Below are positions 26,631 to 36,015 of a stretch of 64,000 nt of DNA, in pieces (position 1 is the stretch's first letter; each line of letters begins with the position of its first letter). The position numbers were made by a program, and so were the translations under genes. This DNA is from Myxococcota bacterium (GTDB lineage: Bacteria > Myxococcota_A > UBA796 > CAJQPC01), in assembly GCA_036229005.1 (NCBI GenBank), contig JAZAMN010000018.1, positions 2,377 through 66,376 of the forward strand, in the 5' to 3' direction. Below the pieces are notes generated by a model. It worked only from the letters and a program-made list of their open reading frames with translations, was not told where the DNA came from and made no database searches.

Positions 26631-26981
26631 GTGATCTGCGGCCGCCGCATGGAGATGCGCGCGCGGTGGGCCGACTCCTGGGCCGACGTGAAGTACTGCT
26701 CACCCAGGTGCAGGAGGACGAAGCTGAACCGGACCGACCAGGCACTGGAGTCCACCATCCTGGACCTGTTGGCCCAGCGCGGCCGCAAGGGCAGGGTGTC
26801 CCCAGACGAGGTCACCCTGATCGTCTCCAGCGGCGTCCAGGAGGCCGCCGACCTGCTCCGTGAGCGCTGCCGCATGGCCGCCCGCCGCCTGGCCGCTCAG
26901 GGGCGCGTGGAGCTCATCCAGAAGGGCCGCCCCGCGGACCCCAGCACCGCGCGCGGCCCCTTCGAGCTGCGCCTGCGCTGA
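26631..26981 (+). CDS. DUF2256 zinc-ribbon / DUF3253-like small protein (start uncertain)
   Basis: KTCVICGRRMEMRARWADSWADVKYCSPRCR matches the DUF2256 pattern, followed by a DUF3253-like winged-helix tail. The first Cys lies upstream of the first canonical start (GTG 26631); CTG 26613 would include it. Confidence 0.55.
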   Translation: MICGRRMEMRARWADSWADVKYCSPRCRRTKLNRTDQALESTILDLLAQRGRKGRVSPDEVTLIVSSGVQEAADLLRERCRMAARRLAAQGRVELIQKGRPADPSTARGPFELRLR

Positions 26982-27011
26982 GATCCCCGCCAGGCGGCTC
27001 CCCGACCCGGC

Positions 27012-27929
27012 TCAGCCCAGCAGCCGCTTCGCCATGCGCGCCAGGTAGGACATCCCCACAACGCCGGCCTCGGCCTCGACCTTGCCGTTGTAGTTGGTCG
27101 TGCCGTTGATGTCGTAGGTGTAGCGGTGGCCCTGGGCGTCGGTCACGAACTCGATGCCCGCCAGCGCGATCCCGTGGCGCCGCATCAGCTCCAGGTACTT
27201 GCCCACCAGCGGGTCATCGGCGGAGAACTTCGGGTCCCAGCGGAAGGTGTCCGAGGGCTCCGTGGGGCAGAACGCGCCCTCGTCGATCGCGCAGGCATCC
27301 GCCGGGCACAGCTCGAAGCCACCGGCCGTGCTGGAACGCATCGCGTAGACCAGCTCCCCGTCCGCGAGCTCGATGCGCGTGATGGCCCCGTCCGCCGGCT
27401 CGATGTACTGCTGCAGCAGGGTCACGCCGCCGGGGTCTTCCACGAAGTCCGGGCCGTCCAGGTAGGCGTCGAAGGCCTTCAGGTCCCGGAAGAGCTGCAC
27501 ACCCAGGCCCTTGCCGCCCTGGTCGTGCTTGGTGATGAAGGGCAGGGACATCTGGCGCGCAGCTTCACGCAGCGCCTCCTTCCCCACCGCGCCGACCGTG
27601 CGCGGGGTGCGCACACCCACTGCCTGCAGCGCCAGGTCCTGCCGCACCTTGGACAGCTCGATCGCAAAGGCCGCGCTGCCGTTGATCACAGGTCGACCGT
27701 GGGCTTCCAGCCAGAGCAGCAGGTTCTGGGTGTGCCGGACGCCGCCCTGGTGCCCGCGGGTGTGCGAGCTGGGCGACATGCGGTTGATCCACACGCCAGC
27801 GGGCGGCTCGCCGCCCAGGTCTACGCTGCCACCTTCAACGAAATGGTAGGTGACAGGCAGATTCTCCGCCTCCAGCGCCTCCTTGAGGGGGGGCAGCCAG
27901 TCGGGGTTCTCGTACAGGACGTGGATCAT
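27012..27929 (-). CDS. ATP-grasp domain protein (RimK-like ligase family)
   Basis: 305 aa with ATP-grasp-like pattern: PVINGSAAFAIELSKVRQ..., LPFITKHDQGGKGLGVQLF, LLQQYIEP, GIEFV. Confidence 0.75.
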   Translation of the reverse strand: MIHVLYENPDWLPPLKEALEAENLPVTYHFVEGGSVDLGGEPPAGVWINRMSPSSHTRGHQGGVRHTQNLLLWLEAHGRPVINGSAAFAIELSKVRQDLALQAVGVRTPRTVGAVGKEALREAARQMSLPFITKHDQGGKGLGVQLFRDLKAFDAYLDGPDFVEDPGGVTLLQQYIEPADGAITRIELADGELVYAMRSSTAGGFELCPADACAIDEGAFCPTEPSDTFRWDPKFSADDPLVGKYLELMRRHGIALAGIEFVTDAQGHRYTYDINGTTNYNGKVEAEAGVVGMSYLARMAKRLLG

Positions 27930-27947
27930 GGGACCTCCAGCCGCCCC

Positions 27948-28799
27948 CTAATCCCAGGCAGCCACCATGTTGCGCCCATATTCCAGACCGGGGACCGGCA
28001 CCGGCTGCGGCAGCCTCCCCGGGGACAGCCTCCAGAGCGCCTGGGTCTCCAGCAGGTAGATGTCCTCGCCGAACGCCATCACGTCGACGGGCTCGCGGAG
28101 CTGCTCCGGTCCCATCGGTGTGCCCACCCGCTCTCCAGTGGCCGGGTCCAGCACGACCAGCTCCTGAGCGAACCAATCGGCGACCCACAGCAACCCTCGG
28201 TCCACCGCCAGGCCCGTCACGGACTGCAGCACCGGGTAGGGCGCCAGCTCACCAGCGAGGACACCCTGCTCCAGATCCCACGCCTGCAGCAGCCCCTGCC
28301 CCCGGATGCTGGGCGCGCTGCCCACCCAGGTCAGGCCCTCGTCCTGGGAGATGGCCATGCTGTGGGCGCTGCGCAGCACGGCGTCCAGCTCGGCCGGGTC
28401 CGGCGAGATGCGCAGCAGGTTGCGGGTGTCGTTGCCCAGAGCCAGCAGCTCGCCGTCCAGCAGCTCCAGCGCGCAGGGCTCCTCCAGGCGCAGGGTGCCC
28501 CAGCCGTTGTCGTGGAGCAGCTCCAGGAACTCCCCGGTGGCGCGGTCCACGCGGTAGATCTCGCCGCCGTCCGAGTTCGCGACCAGCAGGTCCTCGCCGG
28601 CGAGCGCGAGCGCAGAGGGCTTGAAGCCGTCCCTGCGATGCTCAGGCGGTATGGATGCCACCGTGACCAGCGGCTCCAGAGCCTCCCCCTCCTGGAAGGA
28701 CCACACGGTCTGAGCCTGCAGGTCGGCGACGTAGAGCTGGGGGCGCTCCCCCTGGAGGGGGGCTTGGCTGCATGCGATCGCGAGCCAGATGAGCGACAC
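27948..28799 (-). CDS. lipoprotein, beta-propeller-like
   Basis: MSLIWLAIAC lipobox, then repeated beta-strand blades (LYVADLQAQTVWSF, LLVANSDGGEIYRVD, LLWVADWFAQELVVLD), NHL/SMP-30-like. Confidence 0.6.
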   Translation of the reverse strand: MSLIWLAIACSQAPLQGERPQLYVADLQAQTVWSFQEGEALEPLVTVASIPPEHRRDGFKPSALALAGEDLLVANSDGGEIYRVDRATGEFLELLHDNGWGTLRLEEPCALELLDGELLALGNDTRNLLRISPDPAELDAVLRSAHSMAISQDEGLTWVGSAPSIRGQGLLQAWDLEQGVLAGELAPYPVLQSVTGLAVDRGLLWVADWFAQELVVLDPATGERVGTPMGPEQLREPVDVMAFGEDIYLLETQALWRLSPGRLPQPVPVPGLEYGRNMVAAWD

Positions 28800-28868
28800 C
28801 GTCCGTCACCTCCGTGACACATTCATGCCACAGATCGGACGCGGGACGCAAAGACTGAAACGCGCCGT

Positions 28869-30092
28869 TCAGGCGAGCTCCATGGTCGCCCGGCGGTAGA
28901 AGTTGTCCCAGTCCACCACCCGCACCCGCAGAGACATGCTGCTGCCCGGGGACAGGCTCTGGAGCTCGGCGTTGCGGGACTCCGGGAAGCGCACGGCCAC
29001 CGCGCAGGCGCCCACCTTGCCCAGCAGCGTCATGCCCTCGCGGAGATCGTCGGAGAGGCCCACGCCGCGGGTGCGCTCGCTGCCTTCGACCACCACCTGG
29101 ACCTGCAGGGTCTCGGTCTCGAGCTGCTCCAACAGCTCGGAGCGCTGGCGGTAGCCCAGGCTGCGCTCGGCCAGCTTCTCCAGGCGGGGGTCGGTGCCAG
29201 AGGGCTGAGGCGCCGCCTTGGGCGCGGGGGGCGGCTGGGAGGCGGCCGGCTGGGAGGCAGGCTGCGGGGCGGGTGCGCTGTCCTTCTGCAGGTCCGTGAT
29301 GTCCCAGCGCACCTTCTCGGGCTTCTTCTCGGGAGCGGGCGGGATCACCGGGGGCAGCTCGCTGGGGGGCGGCAGCTCCGCGGGCTTGGCGGGCGCGTCG
29401 GGGTCGAAGAAGATGTCCTTGGCCGGGGCCGGCTTCTTCTCGGGCGCCGGGGCCTCCCAGGGCTGCACGACCGGCCCGGAGTCGGCGGCCTGGCCGGAGA
29501 TCCAGGCCATGTGGTCGACCACGTTGTCCAGGTGGTTCTGGAGCTGCGCGGTGTTCTTCATGTAGCCGAGCACCAGCGTCACGGCGCCCTCGCGCTCGTT
29601 CAGGCGGGACTGCGCGCCCTGGCCGATGAAGCTCAGGATGCCGTCCCCCACGCGGCCCTTGGGCGTGCGCTTGTTGAAGAAGGCGACCACCTGGGCGGGG
29701 TCGTCTCCCTTGATCAGCAGCGCGTTGTCCAACGTGGGGTCGCCGACCTGGATGTCCTGGCCGCCAAAGAACTTGCCGATCTTGCCGCCCAGGCCCTCCT
29801 TGGTGACGTTCAGGCCCGAGGGGACCCGGTCCGGGAAGGCCACCCGGAAGCGCGTGTACGTGGTCTTGTGCTTGCCGGAGCCGTGCACTTCTATGTCCAC
29901 GTTCACCATGAAGCCCCGGTAGATCCCCGACAGCTTGGGGTGGCCGTAGCTGCTCTGGGAGAAGATCTCCAAGCCCAGCTGCGCGGCGGCCTGGGCGTAC
30001 ATGGCGTTCCGCTTCTTGGCCTGGCTCATGCCCCACCAGACGATCAGGCCGAACACCCCGATCATGAACACCATCGGGAAGATCGCTTCCAA
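28869..30092 (-). CDS. membrane-anchored hypothetical protein
   Basis: 407 aa. N-terminal TM (IFPMVFMIGVFGLIVWW), a globular domain, a Pro/Ala/Lys-rich linker and a C-terminal beta-rich domain. Immediately downstream of the Flp-like pilin gene. Confidence 0.6.
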   Translation of the reverse strand: MEAIFPMVFMIGVFGLIVWWGMSQAKKRNAMYAQAAAQLGLEIFSQSSYGHPKLSGIYRGFMVNVDIEVHGSGKHKTTYTRFRVAFPDRVPSGLNVTKEGLGGKIGKFFGGQDIQVGDPTLDNALLIKGDDPAQVVAFFNKRTPKGRVGDGILSFIGQGAQSRLNEREGAVTLVLGYMKNTAQLQNHLDNVVDHMAWISGQAADSGPVVQPWEAPAPEKKPAPAKDIFFDPDAPAKPAELPPPSELPPVIPPAPEKKPEKVRWDITDLQKDSAPAPQPASQPAASQPPPAPKAAPQPSGTDPRLEKLAERSLGYRQRSELLEQLETETLQVQVVVEGSERTRGVGLSDDLREGMTLLGKVGACAVAVRFPESRNAELQSLSPGSSMSLRVRVVDWDNFYRRATMELA

Positions 30093-30100
30093 GTCCCCTC

Positions 30101-30286
30101 CTACTTGACCTGGTCGCCGGGGACCTGGCCGGTGAGCTCAGAGCTCAGGTTGTCCGAGAGCGCGCGCGTGTTGACCTGCACGGTGTCCGAGAAGCTCAGC
30201 ATCGCGGCGATCACCGCCACGCTGACCAGAGAGATCAGGAGCATGTATTCGACCGTGGACTGGCCCTGGCGCGCTTTTGCTTTCAT
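30101..30286 (-). CDS. Flp-family type IVb pilin-like protein
   Basis: 61 aa. MKAKARQG/QSTVEYMLLISLVSVAVIAAM matches the Flp prepilin G/xxxxEY motif followed by a hydrophobic helix. Confidence 0.65.
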   Translation of the reverse strand: MKAKARQGQSTVEYMLLISLVSVAVIAAMLSFSDTVQVNTRALSDNLSSELTGQVPGDQVK

Positions 30287-30309
30287 CTGGGGGAGTGTAG
30301 CGCGTGGGC

Positions 30310-30669
30310 TCAGGTGCGGGCGTCGTACTCCGCCTCGGCCGCGTCATGTGCCGCACGTATCAGCGCTTGATCCACCAGCGAGGACAGGCTGCTGAGATCC
30401 CGCTCGAAACCGGGGCGGGTGAGGGTCGCGCTCCCGACCTCCGCCACGGTGAATTGGACCCCGGGCTCCACCTGCCGGACGAACACGCGCACCGCGAACC
30501 CCTCCAGCTCCCCCCGCAGCTCCGGGCTGCCGGAGACGCCCCCGCCGACCAGCTCCAGGCCCTTGCTCCGGGCGAGCTTGCGCCAGGCCTGCTTGCGGCG
30601 GAAGCGGTACCAGGTGCCCATCCCCAGCGCCGCGCCGGTGGCGACCACGACCGAGGTGAGCACCTCCAC
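30310..30669 (-). CDS. small membrane-anchored protein
   Basis: ORF 30310..30762 trimmed to GTG 30669 (VEVLTSVVVATGAALGMGTWY), just after the upstream stop at 30674. The post-TM segment resembles that of 28869..30092. Confidence 0.5.
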   Translation of the reverse strand: MEVLTSVVVATGAALGMGTWYRFRRKQAWRKLARSKGLELVGGGVSGSPELRGELEGFAVRVFVRQVEPGVQFTVAEVGSATLTRPGFERDLSSLSSLVDQALIRAAHDAAEAEYDART

Positions 30670-30673
30670 TGGA

Positions 30674-31480
30674 CTACTCCTCGCCCAGCTTCTTGCCCTC
30701 GGTCTGGACCTCGCTGGTGTCGCCGGTCTTGAGGCCGGCCGCCCGGGAGGCCCCGCCGTCACCGTCGGACATCGTGTAGGTCCCCAGCACCCAGGAGATC
30801 ACCTTGGGCTCGAGCTCGGGCTCCTTGTTGAGCATCTTGGTGCCGTGGCCGGCGGCGTCGTAGATCACCAGCTCGTGCACGCCCTTGGCCTTGGAGTCGA
30901 GCACCAGCCCGCTCTTGGCGGAGTAGCGGTCGTCCTTGGAGACGACGATCAGGATGGGGCGCTCGCCGTAGGCCGCCATGGCCTCCTCGGAGGTCACGCC
31001 CTTGTAGTCCAGGCCCGGCGACAGGAGGATGACCGAGCGGATCTCGGCGTCCTCCGCGGCCACCTGCAGGGCCAGGTTCGCCCCGATGGAGGCCCCGATG
31101 AGCTGAATGTCGGTGAAGCCCTCCTTGCGCAGGTGCGCGACGGCGGCCTGCACGTCCTGCTTCATTCCCGCGAAGTCCTCGGGGCTCAGCTCCGGGCGGC
31201 CGCTGCCCTCGGGCAGGTTGGCGCCGTGCTTGCGCAGATCCACCGCGAGGGTGGTGATGTCGTTCCCGTTGAGCTTGTCGGCCACAAAGCGCCAGTCCTT
31301 GGCGCTGCGCCCCAGCATGTGCACCAACACGACGGCGCTCTCGCCCTTGGCCTTCTTGTAGTCGGCGTGCAGCGCCGTACCGTCCTTGGCCTTGAGGGTG
31401 ATCTCCTCGGCCGCTGCGGGGGCGGCGAAGAGCAGGAGCATGGGCAGCAGCGCTGCGATGCGGGAGAGGATCTTGGTCAA
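30674..31480 (-). CDS. secreted alpha/beta hydrolase
   Basis: Signal peptide; VVLVHMLG; nucleophile elbow GASIGAN; AAGHGTKML His region. Confidence 0.8.
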   Translation of the reverse strand: MTKILSRIAALLPMLLLFAAPAAAEEITLKAKDGTALHADYKKAKGESAVVLVHMLGRSAKDWRFVADKLNGNDITTLAVDLRKHGANLPEGSGRPELSPEDFAGMKQDVQAAVAHLRKEGFTDIQLIGASIGANLALQVAAEDAEIRSVILLSPGLDYKGVTSEEAMAAYGERPILIVVSKDDRYSAKSGLVLDSKAKGVHELVIYDAAGHGTKMLNKEPELEPKVISWVLGTYTMSDGDGGASRAAGLKTGDTSEVQTEGKKLGEE

Positions 31481-31597
31481 GGGACACTCCGGGATGCGTT
31501 GAGCCTACGTCCGCCCGCCCCCCGTGGGCAAGGCCGGTGGACACCCGCCACACATCGGCCCGCGCCCACCCGCTCTGGAGTCAGAGCGCGCGCGGAA

Positions 31598-32002
31598 TCA
31601 ACCCTGGGGCGCGCGCGCCGATTCCAGCAGGGCGTTGAGCTCCGCCAGCAGAGGCTCCAAGGGGATCCCGTAGCCAAAGGCCACCTCCTCCAAGCGCTCG
31701 TCCTCACCCACCGGGCAGCTCGGGCAGTCGGGCAGGTGGTGGCGCGTGAAGATCGCCCGCACCCCCGGGTGGCGCCTCCAGGCCTGGTGCACGGTGGTCT
31801 GGGCAGAAAAAGCAGAGGTGCGCGCTTGGAGATCCTGCTCCAACCGCGCCAGCCTGTCCTCGACTGCGCCCAGACGATCCTTGTTGGCGTGCGCGAGGTC
31901 ATTGCAGCGTTGAAGCTCGGATCTGCGCGAGCCCAGGGTCCCCTCCAGGACCCGGGAGATCCGATGTCTCAGCCAGCCATCGACGCGAGATGGAAGGGCC
32001 AT
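31598..32002 (-). CDS. DUF1858-like (redox-disulfide domain) protein with coiled-coil N-terminus
   Basis: C-terminal TVHQAWRRHPGVRAIFTRHHLPDCPSCPV...LEEVAFGYGIPLEPLLAELN matches the DUF1858 / hybrid-cluster-associated disulfide domain pattern. Confidence 0.55.
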   Translation of the reverse strand: MALPSRVDGWLRHRISRVLEGTLGSRRSELQRCNDLAHANKDRLGAVEDRLARLEQDLQARTSAFSAQTTVHQAWRRHPGVRAIFTRHHLPDCPSCPVGEDERLEEVAFGYGIPLEPLLAELNALLESARAPQG

Positions 32003-32129
32003 GGGGGCTCCTGGGGGGCTCGGGTTGGGGTGCCAGGGCTATCCGGTGTTGACAGCTCGGGGAAGCGATCTTAGATGCGGTGGGCTCTCAGGGAACTCCC
32101 TGAGCCGGCTGATCTTTGATGAGACCAGG

Positions 32130-32639
32130 ATGAACGGTCCCGACACGCACCGCGGCTACATGGCCCAGGCCATCGAGCAAGCGGAGCGCGCGGCCAGGCT
32201 GGGAGAAGTCCCAGTGGGCGCGGTCGTCGTGGACGCAGCGGGCAATGTGCTCTCCCGAGCGCACAACACCCGCGAGACGGAGAACGACCCCTGTGGTCAC
32301 GCTGAGCTGATCGCCATCCGGCGCGCAGCCCAGGCACAAGGGCACTGGCGCCTGGAAGGGTGCACGGTCTACGTCACGCTGGAGCCCTGCGCGATGTGCG
32401 CTGGAGCCATGGTGCTCTCTCGCATCGAGCGCTGCGTCTTTGGCGCCACCGACCCCAAAGCTGGCTTCTGCGGCAGCATCGGCGACCTGCACGACAACCC
32501 CAAGCTCAACCACAGCTTCGCGCTGGAGCCCGGGGTCGAGGCGGAGCGCTGCTCTACGCTGCTCAGCGACTTCTTCAAGGAGCTCCGGCGGCGAAAGAAG
32601 CTCGCCCGGCAGGAGGCCAAAAGCCAGGACCAAAGCTGA
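32130..32639 (+). CDS. tadA: tRNA adenosine(34) deaminase
   Basis: ATG 32130 inside ORF 32001..32639. CDA motifs HAELIAI and PCAMCAGA. Confidence 0.9.
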   Translation: MNGPDTHRGYMAQAIEQAERAARLGEVPVGAVVVDAAGNVLSRAHNTRETENDPCGHAELIAIRRAAQAQGHWRLEGCTVYVTLEPCAMCAGAMVLSRIERCVFGATDPKAGFCGSIGDLHDNPKLNHSFALEPGVEAERCSTLLSDFFKELRRRKKLARQEAKSQDQS

Positions 32640-32644
32640 CTTAT

Positions 32645-32732
<88 letters not shown>

Positions 32733-32789
32733 CTTTCAAGCGGATCCGATTCATCCTGGATTCCCAATCTCGCATGCTGCGGGTGACCC

Positions 32790-32877
32790 GGAGGGGTGAC
32801 CGAGTGGACGAAGGTGCACGACTGGAAATCGTGTGTGCGGCAACGTACCGAGGGTTCGAATCCCTCTCCCTCCGCCA
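32790..32877 (+). tRNA. tRNA-Ser (anticodon GGA), class II, CCA encoded
   Basis: GGAGGGG acceptor pairs with TCCCTCC. Anticodon stem CACGA/TCGTG with loop CTGGAAA. T-arm GAGGG-TTCGAAT-CCCTC. Confidence 0.9.
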
Positions 32878-32945
32878 CCCGCAGCGCGTGTGAGCTCAGT
32901 GAGCTGCCCCCCATTGAGGGCAGCACAGAATCCTGGCTCGCCGAG

Positions 32946-33056
32946 CCAGGTGATGGCCGGGTCCCAGGGACCGGGATCCGTGAACCCCGCCAGGGCCGGA
33001 AGGCAGCAACGGTAGTCGGACACCTCGGGGCCCTGGATCGCCCGGTCATCACCTGG
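32946..33056 (+). ncRNA. ffs: signal recognition particle RNA (4.5S / small SRP RNA)
   Basis: Domain IV core CCAGGGCCGGAAGGCAGCAACGG (compare E. coli CAGGUCCGGAAGGAAGCAGCCAAGG). Closing helix AGGTGATGGCCGGGTC (32948-32963) pairs with GATCGCCCGGTCATCACCT (33037-33054). Classic position upstream of dnaX. Exact ends uncertain. Confidence 0.75.
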
Positions 33057-33072
33057 CCCGACGGGCCTTTTT
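33055..33072 (+). terminator. short hairpin plus T-run after SRP RNA
   Basis: GGCCC-gac-GGGCC followed by TTTTT. Confidence 0.5.
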
Positions 33073-33151
33073 CTGCTCTGGGGCCCAAGCCCCGAACAAG
33101 CCCGTCACGCAGCGCGGATGCCTTGTTAGGCTGCCTGGGCAGGAGCCCCCC

Positions 33152-35089
33152 ATGAGCTACCAGGCCATCGCCCGCAAGTGGCGGCCCACCACATTCGCGG
33201 AGATCTGTGGCCAGGGTCACGTGACCCGCACCCTGACCAACGCCCTGGAGCTGGGGCGGATCCACCACGCCTTCCTGTTCACAGGCGCCCGCGGCGTGGG
33301 CAAGACCACCGCCGCGCGGACCATGGCGCGCTGCCTGAACTGCCACAAGGGCCCCACCCCCACGCCCTGCGGGGAGTGCCCGTCCTGCCTGGACATCGGC
33401 CACGGCTCCAGCCCGGACGTGACCGAGATCGACGGCGCCTCCAACAACTCGGTCGAAGACGTGCGCGGCCTGCGCGACGCGGTGCGCTACCTGCCCAGCC
33501 GGGACAAGTACCGCGTCTACATCATCGACGAGGTCCACATGCTCTCGATCGGGGCCTTCAACGCCCTGCTCAAGACCCTGGAGGAGCCCCCGGACCACGT
33601 CGTGTTCATCTTCGCGACCACCGAGCCCCAGAAGATCCCGGACACCATCCTGTCCCGGGTGCAGCGCTTTGACTTCAAGCGCATCCCCACCACGGTGGTC
33701 GTCGGGCGCCTGCGCACCATCGTGGACGCCGAGAACATCGAGATCCCCGACGATGGCCTGCGCCTGATCGCGCGCGCCGGCGAGGGCTCGATGCGCGACG
33801 CCCAGTCCCTGCTGGACCAGGTCATCGCTTTCGGGGGCGACAAGGTGGACACCGCCCAGGTCGCGCAGATCCTGGGCCTGGTGGACCGCGGGCTGCTCTA
33901 CGGCTTCCTGGAGGGCCTGACCCAGGGCAAGCCGGAGCTGTGTCTGGACAGCATCGCCCAGGTCTACGACTACGGCTACGAGCTGTCCCAGTTCACCAGC
34001 GAGCTGCTGGAGCTGCTGCGAAACGCGGCGTTGGCCGTCCTCTCTCCGGCGGCGCGCAAGCACATCGACGCGCCGGCCGAAGAGCTGCAGCGCCTGGAGA
34101 CCCTGTGCAAGGGCCAGGACGCCGAGACCTTCTCCCGCTGGTTCCAGGTGATGCTGGCCGTGCACGACGAGGTCTCCCGCAGCTCCCGCCCCCGCCTGGT
34201 CCTGGAGATGGCCGTGGCGCGCCTGGCGCTGGTGCGTCCGGTGCAGCCGCTGGGCCACCTGGTGCAGCGCCTGGAGGGCCTGGAGCGCACCATGCGCCAG
34301 GGCGGCGTGCGGCCAAATGCTCGCTCTGGTGGGCGGGCACCTCGCGGCGGCCACTCCAATGGTGGACATCCCAACGGTGGACACGGCGGGCCCGACGACG
34401 CCCCCAGTGGCAGAGGCGGCCCCCGCGGTCCCCAGGCCCAGCTCAGCAGCGTGTCCTCGCCGGCGCCCGCGCGCCTTGGCCCCCAGGCGACGGCCCACAA
34501 GCTGGAGGAGGTGAGCCGAGGACCGCATCTGGTCGAGCTCCCTCCCCCACCCCCTGAGCCCGTGTCCCCCGAGCAGGCCCCGCCACCGGAGCCCACCAGC
34601 GAGGACATGGCGGGTGCCTTCGAGCCCCAGGAGTTCCTGTCGGTCCCGCCGCCGGAGCCCCTGCCCGACGCCCTGAACGACGAGGCCCGCTACCAGGCCC
34701 TGCTGGCGTGGCTGGCGCCCCAGCGCGTGCGCTACTGGTCGGCCGCCGAGAGCACCGCGCTGCTGGGCGTGGAGAACAACGTGCTGCACATCGTGGCGCC
34801 CGGTCCGGCGGCCGTGAAGCGCTTCGAGAGCCTGCGCCAGGACGCGGATCTGCTGGAGGCCATCGGGATCTTGTTCCCGGGGGTGACGGCGCTCAAGGCC
34901 AGCCTGCGAAAGGACGCCGACAGCGCGCGGCTGACGCGGCGCGAGCTGCGGGCCAAGATGCTGGCCGACCACAAGGCCATGCTGATCGCGGAGGCCAAAG
35001 AGGACACCGTGATCCTGCGGGTCCAGAAGGAGCTGGACGCGCACTTTGTGGACCTGATCCCCCTCTCTGAACCGGAAGGACTGCCATGA
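33152..35089 (+). CDS. dnaX: DNA polymerase III subunits gamma/tau
   Basis: AGGAG SD. GARGVGKTT P-loop, CGECPSC zinc module, IIDEVHML, SRVQRF. Long Pro-rich tau linker. Confidence 0.95.
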   Translation: MSYQAIARKWRPTTFAEICGQGHVTRTLTNALELGRIHHAFLFTGARGVGKTTAARTMARCLNCHKGPTPTPCGECPSCLDIGHGSSPDVTEIDGASNNSVEDVRGLRDAVRYLPSRDKYRVYIIDEVHMLSIGAFNALLKTLEEPPDHVVFIFATTEPQKIPDTILSRVQRFDFKRIPTTVVVGRLRTIVDAENIEIPDDGLRLIARAGEGSMRDAQSLLDQVIAFGGDKVDTAQVAQILGLVDRGLLYGFLEGLTQGKPELCLDSIAQVYDYGYELSQFTSELLELLRNAALAVLSPAARKHIDAPAEELQRLETLCKGQDAETFSRWFQVMLAVHDEVSRSSRPRLVLEMAVARLALVRPVQPLGHLVQRLEGLERTMRQGGVRPNARSGGRAPRGGHSNGGHPNGGHGGPDDAPSGRGGPRGPQAQLSSVSSPAPARLGPQATAHKLEEVSRGPHLVELPPPPPEPVSPEQAPPPEPTSEDMAGAFEPQEFLSVPPPEPLPDALNDEARYQALLAWLAPQRVRYWSAAESTALLGVENNVLHIVAPGPAAVKRFESLRQDADLLEAIGILFPGVTALKASLRKDADSARLTRRELRAKMLADHKAMLIAEAKEDTVILRVQKELDAHFVDLIPLSEPEGLP

Positions 35090-35397
35090 GCTTTGATCTG
35101 AACAACCTCCAGGGAATGATGGCCGGCCTGCAGCAGCGCATGATGCAGGCCAAGCAGGAGGCCGAGGCCACCGAGGTCACCGGCAAGTCCGGCGGCGGGC
35201 TGGTGCAGGTGACGGCCACGGGCGGCCAGGAGATCCGCAAGGTCTCCATCGACCCGGGCGCCATGGACGACCGCGAGATGCTGGAGGACCTGATCCACGC
35301 GGCCACCAACGACGCGCTGCGTCAGGCCAAGGAGGTCGTCGCGGCCAAGATGTCCGAGGCCACCGGCGGGCTGCCCCTGCCTCCCGGGCTGATGTAG
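35086..35397 (+). CDS. ybaB: nucleoid-associated protein YbaB/EbfC
   Basis: 103 aa with typical YbaB pattern (MQAKQEAEA...VTGKSGGGLVQVTATG...ID...D.EMLEDLI.AA.NDA). Overlaps the dnaX stop. Confidence 0.9.
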   Translation: MSFDLNNLQGMMAGLQQRMMQAKQEAEATEVTGKSGGGLVQVTATGGQEIRKVSIDPGAMDDREMLEDLIHAATNDALRQAKEVVAAKMSEATGGLPLPPGLM

Positions 35398-35984
35398 TGG
35401 CGGCAGACCCCATCCGGCGCTGCGTGCACGCCCTCTCGCGGCTGCCCGGCATCGGCGAGAAGACCGCGTGGCGCCTGACCTGGTGGCTGCTGCGGGCCGA
35501 CGACGGCCTGGTGAAGGAGATCTCGGCGGCCATCGGCGGGCTGCAGGGCTCGGTGGTGGAGTGCGAGGTGTGCTGCACCATCGCGACCCAGAGCCCCTGC
35601 CGGAGCTGCAGCGACCCGCGCCGCGACGCGAGCACCGTGTGCGTGGTCGAGCGGCCCCAGGACATCCAGGCCATCGAGGGCAGCGGCGAGTACCGCGGGC
35701 GCTACCACGTGCTGCACGGTGCGATCTCGCCCCTGGATGGGGTCGGACCGGACCAGCTCCGCATCCGACCGCTGCTGGCCCACCTGGACGGGGTGCAGGA
35801 GGTCATCGTGGCCACCGACCCCGACGTGGAGGGCGACGCCACGGCGCTCTACCTGCAGCGGGTGCTCAAGCCCCTGGGGGTCAAGGTCTCCCGGCTGGCC
35901 TACGGCGTGTCCGTGGGCACCGAGATCGAGTACGCCGACAAGGTGAGCCTGATGCGCGCACTGGAGAACCGCCGGGTGCTCTGA
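35397..35984 (+). CDS. recR: recombination protein RecR
   Basis: LPGIGEKTA helix-hairpin-helix, Cys4 zinc finger (CEVCCTIATQSPCRSC), Toprim domain. GTG overlaps the ybaB stop. Confidence 0.95.
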   Translation: MAADPIRRCVHALSRLPGIGEKTAWRLTWWLLRADDGLVKEISAAIGGLQGSVVECEVCCTIATQSPCRSCSDPRRDASTVCVVERPQDIQAIEGSGEYRGRYHVLHGAISPLDGVGPDQLRIRPLLAHLDGVQEVIVATDPDVEGDATALYLQRVLKPLGVKVSRLAYGVSVGTEIEYADKVSLMRALENRRVL

Positions 35985-36015
35985 GGCGCCTGGGCAGACT
36001 CAGCGCGGGCCAACC

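Noticed and set aside
30101-30286. A Tad/Flp pilus locus
   Set aside because: Only the pilin-like gene is present. No CpaA-F/TadA-G homologs were recognised in the window.
33152-35089. Programmed -1 frameshift site in dnaX (E. coli-type A AAA AAG)
   Set aside because: No A-rich slippery heptamer was seen in the gene, so there is no basis for claiming a gamma/tau frameshift here.
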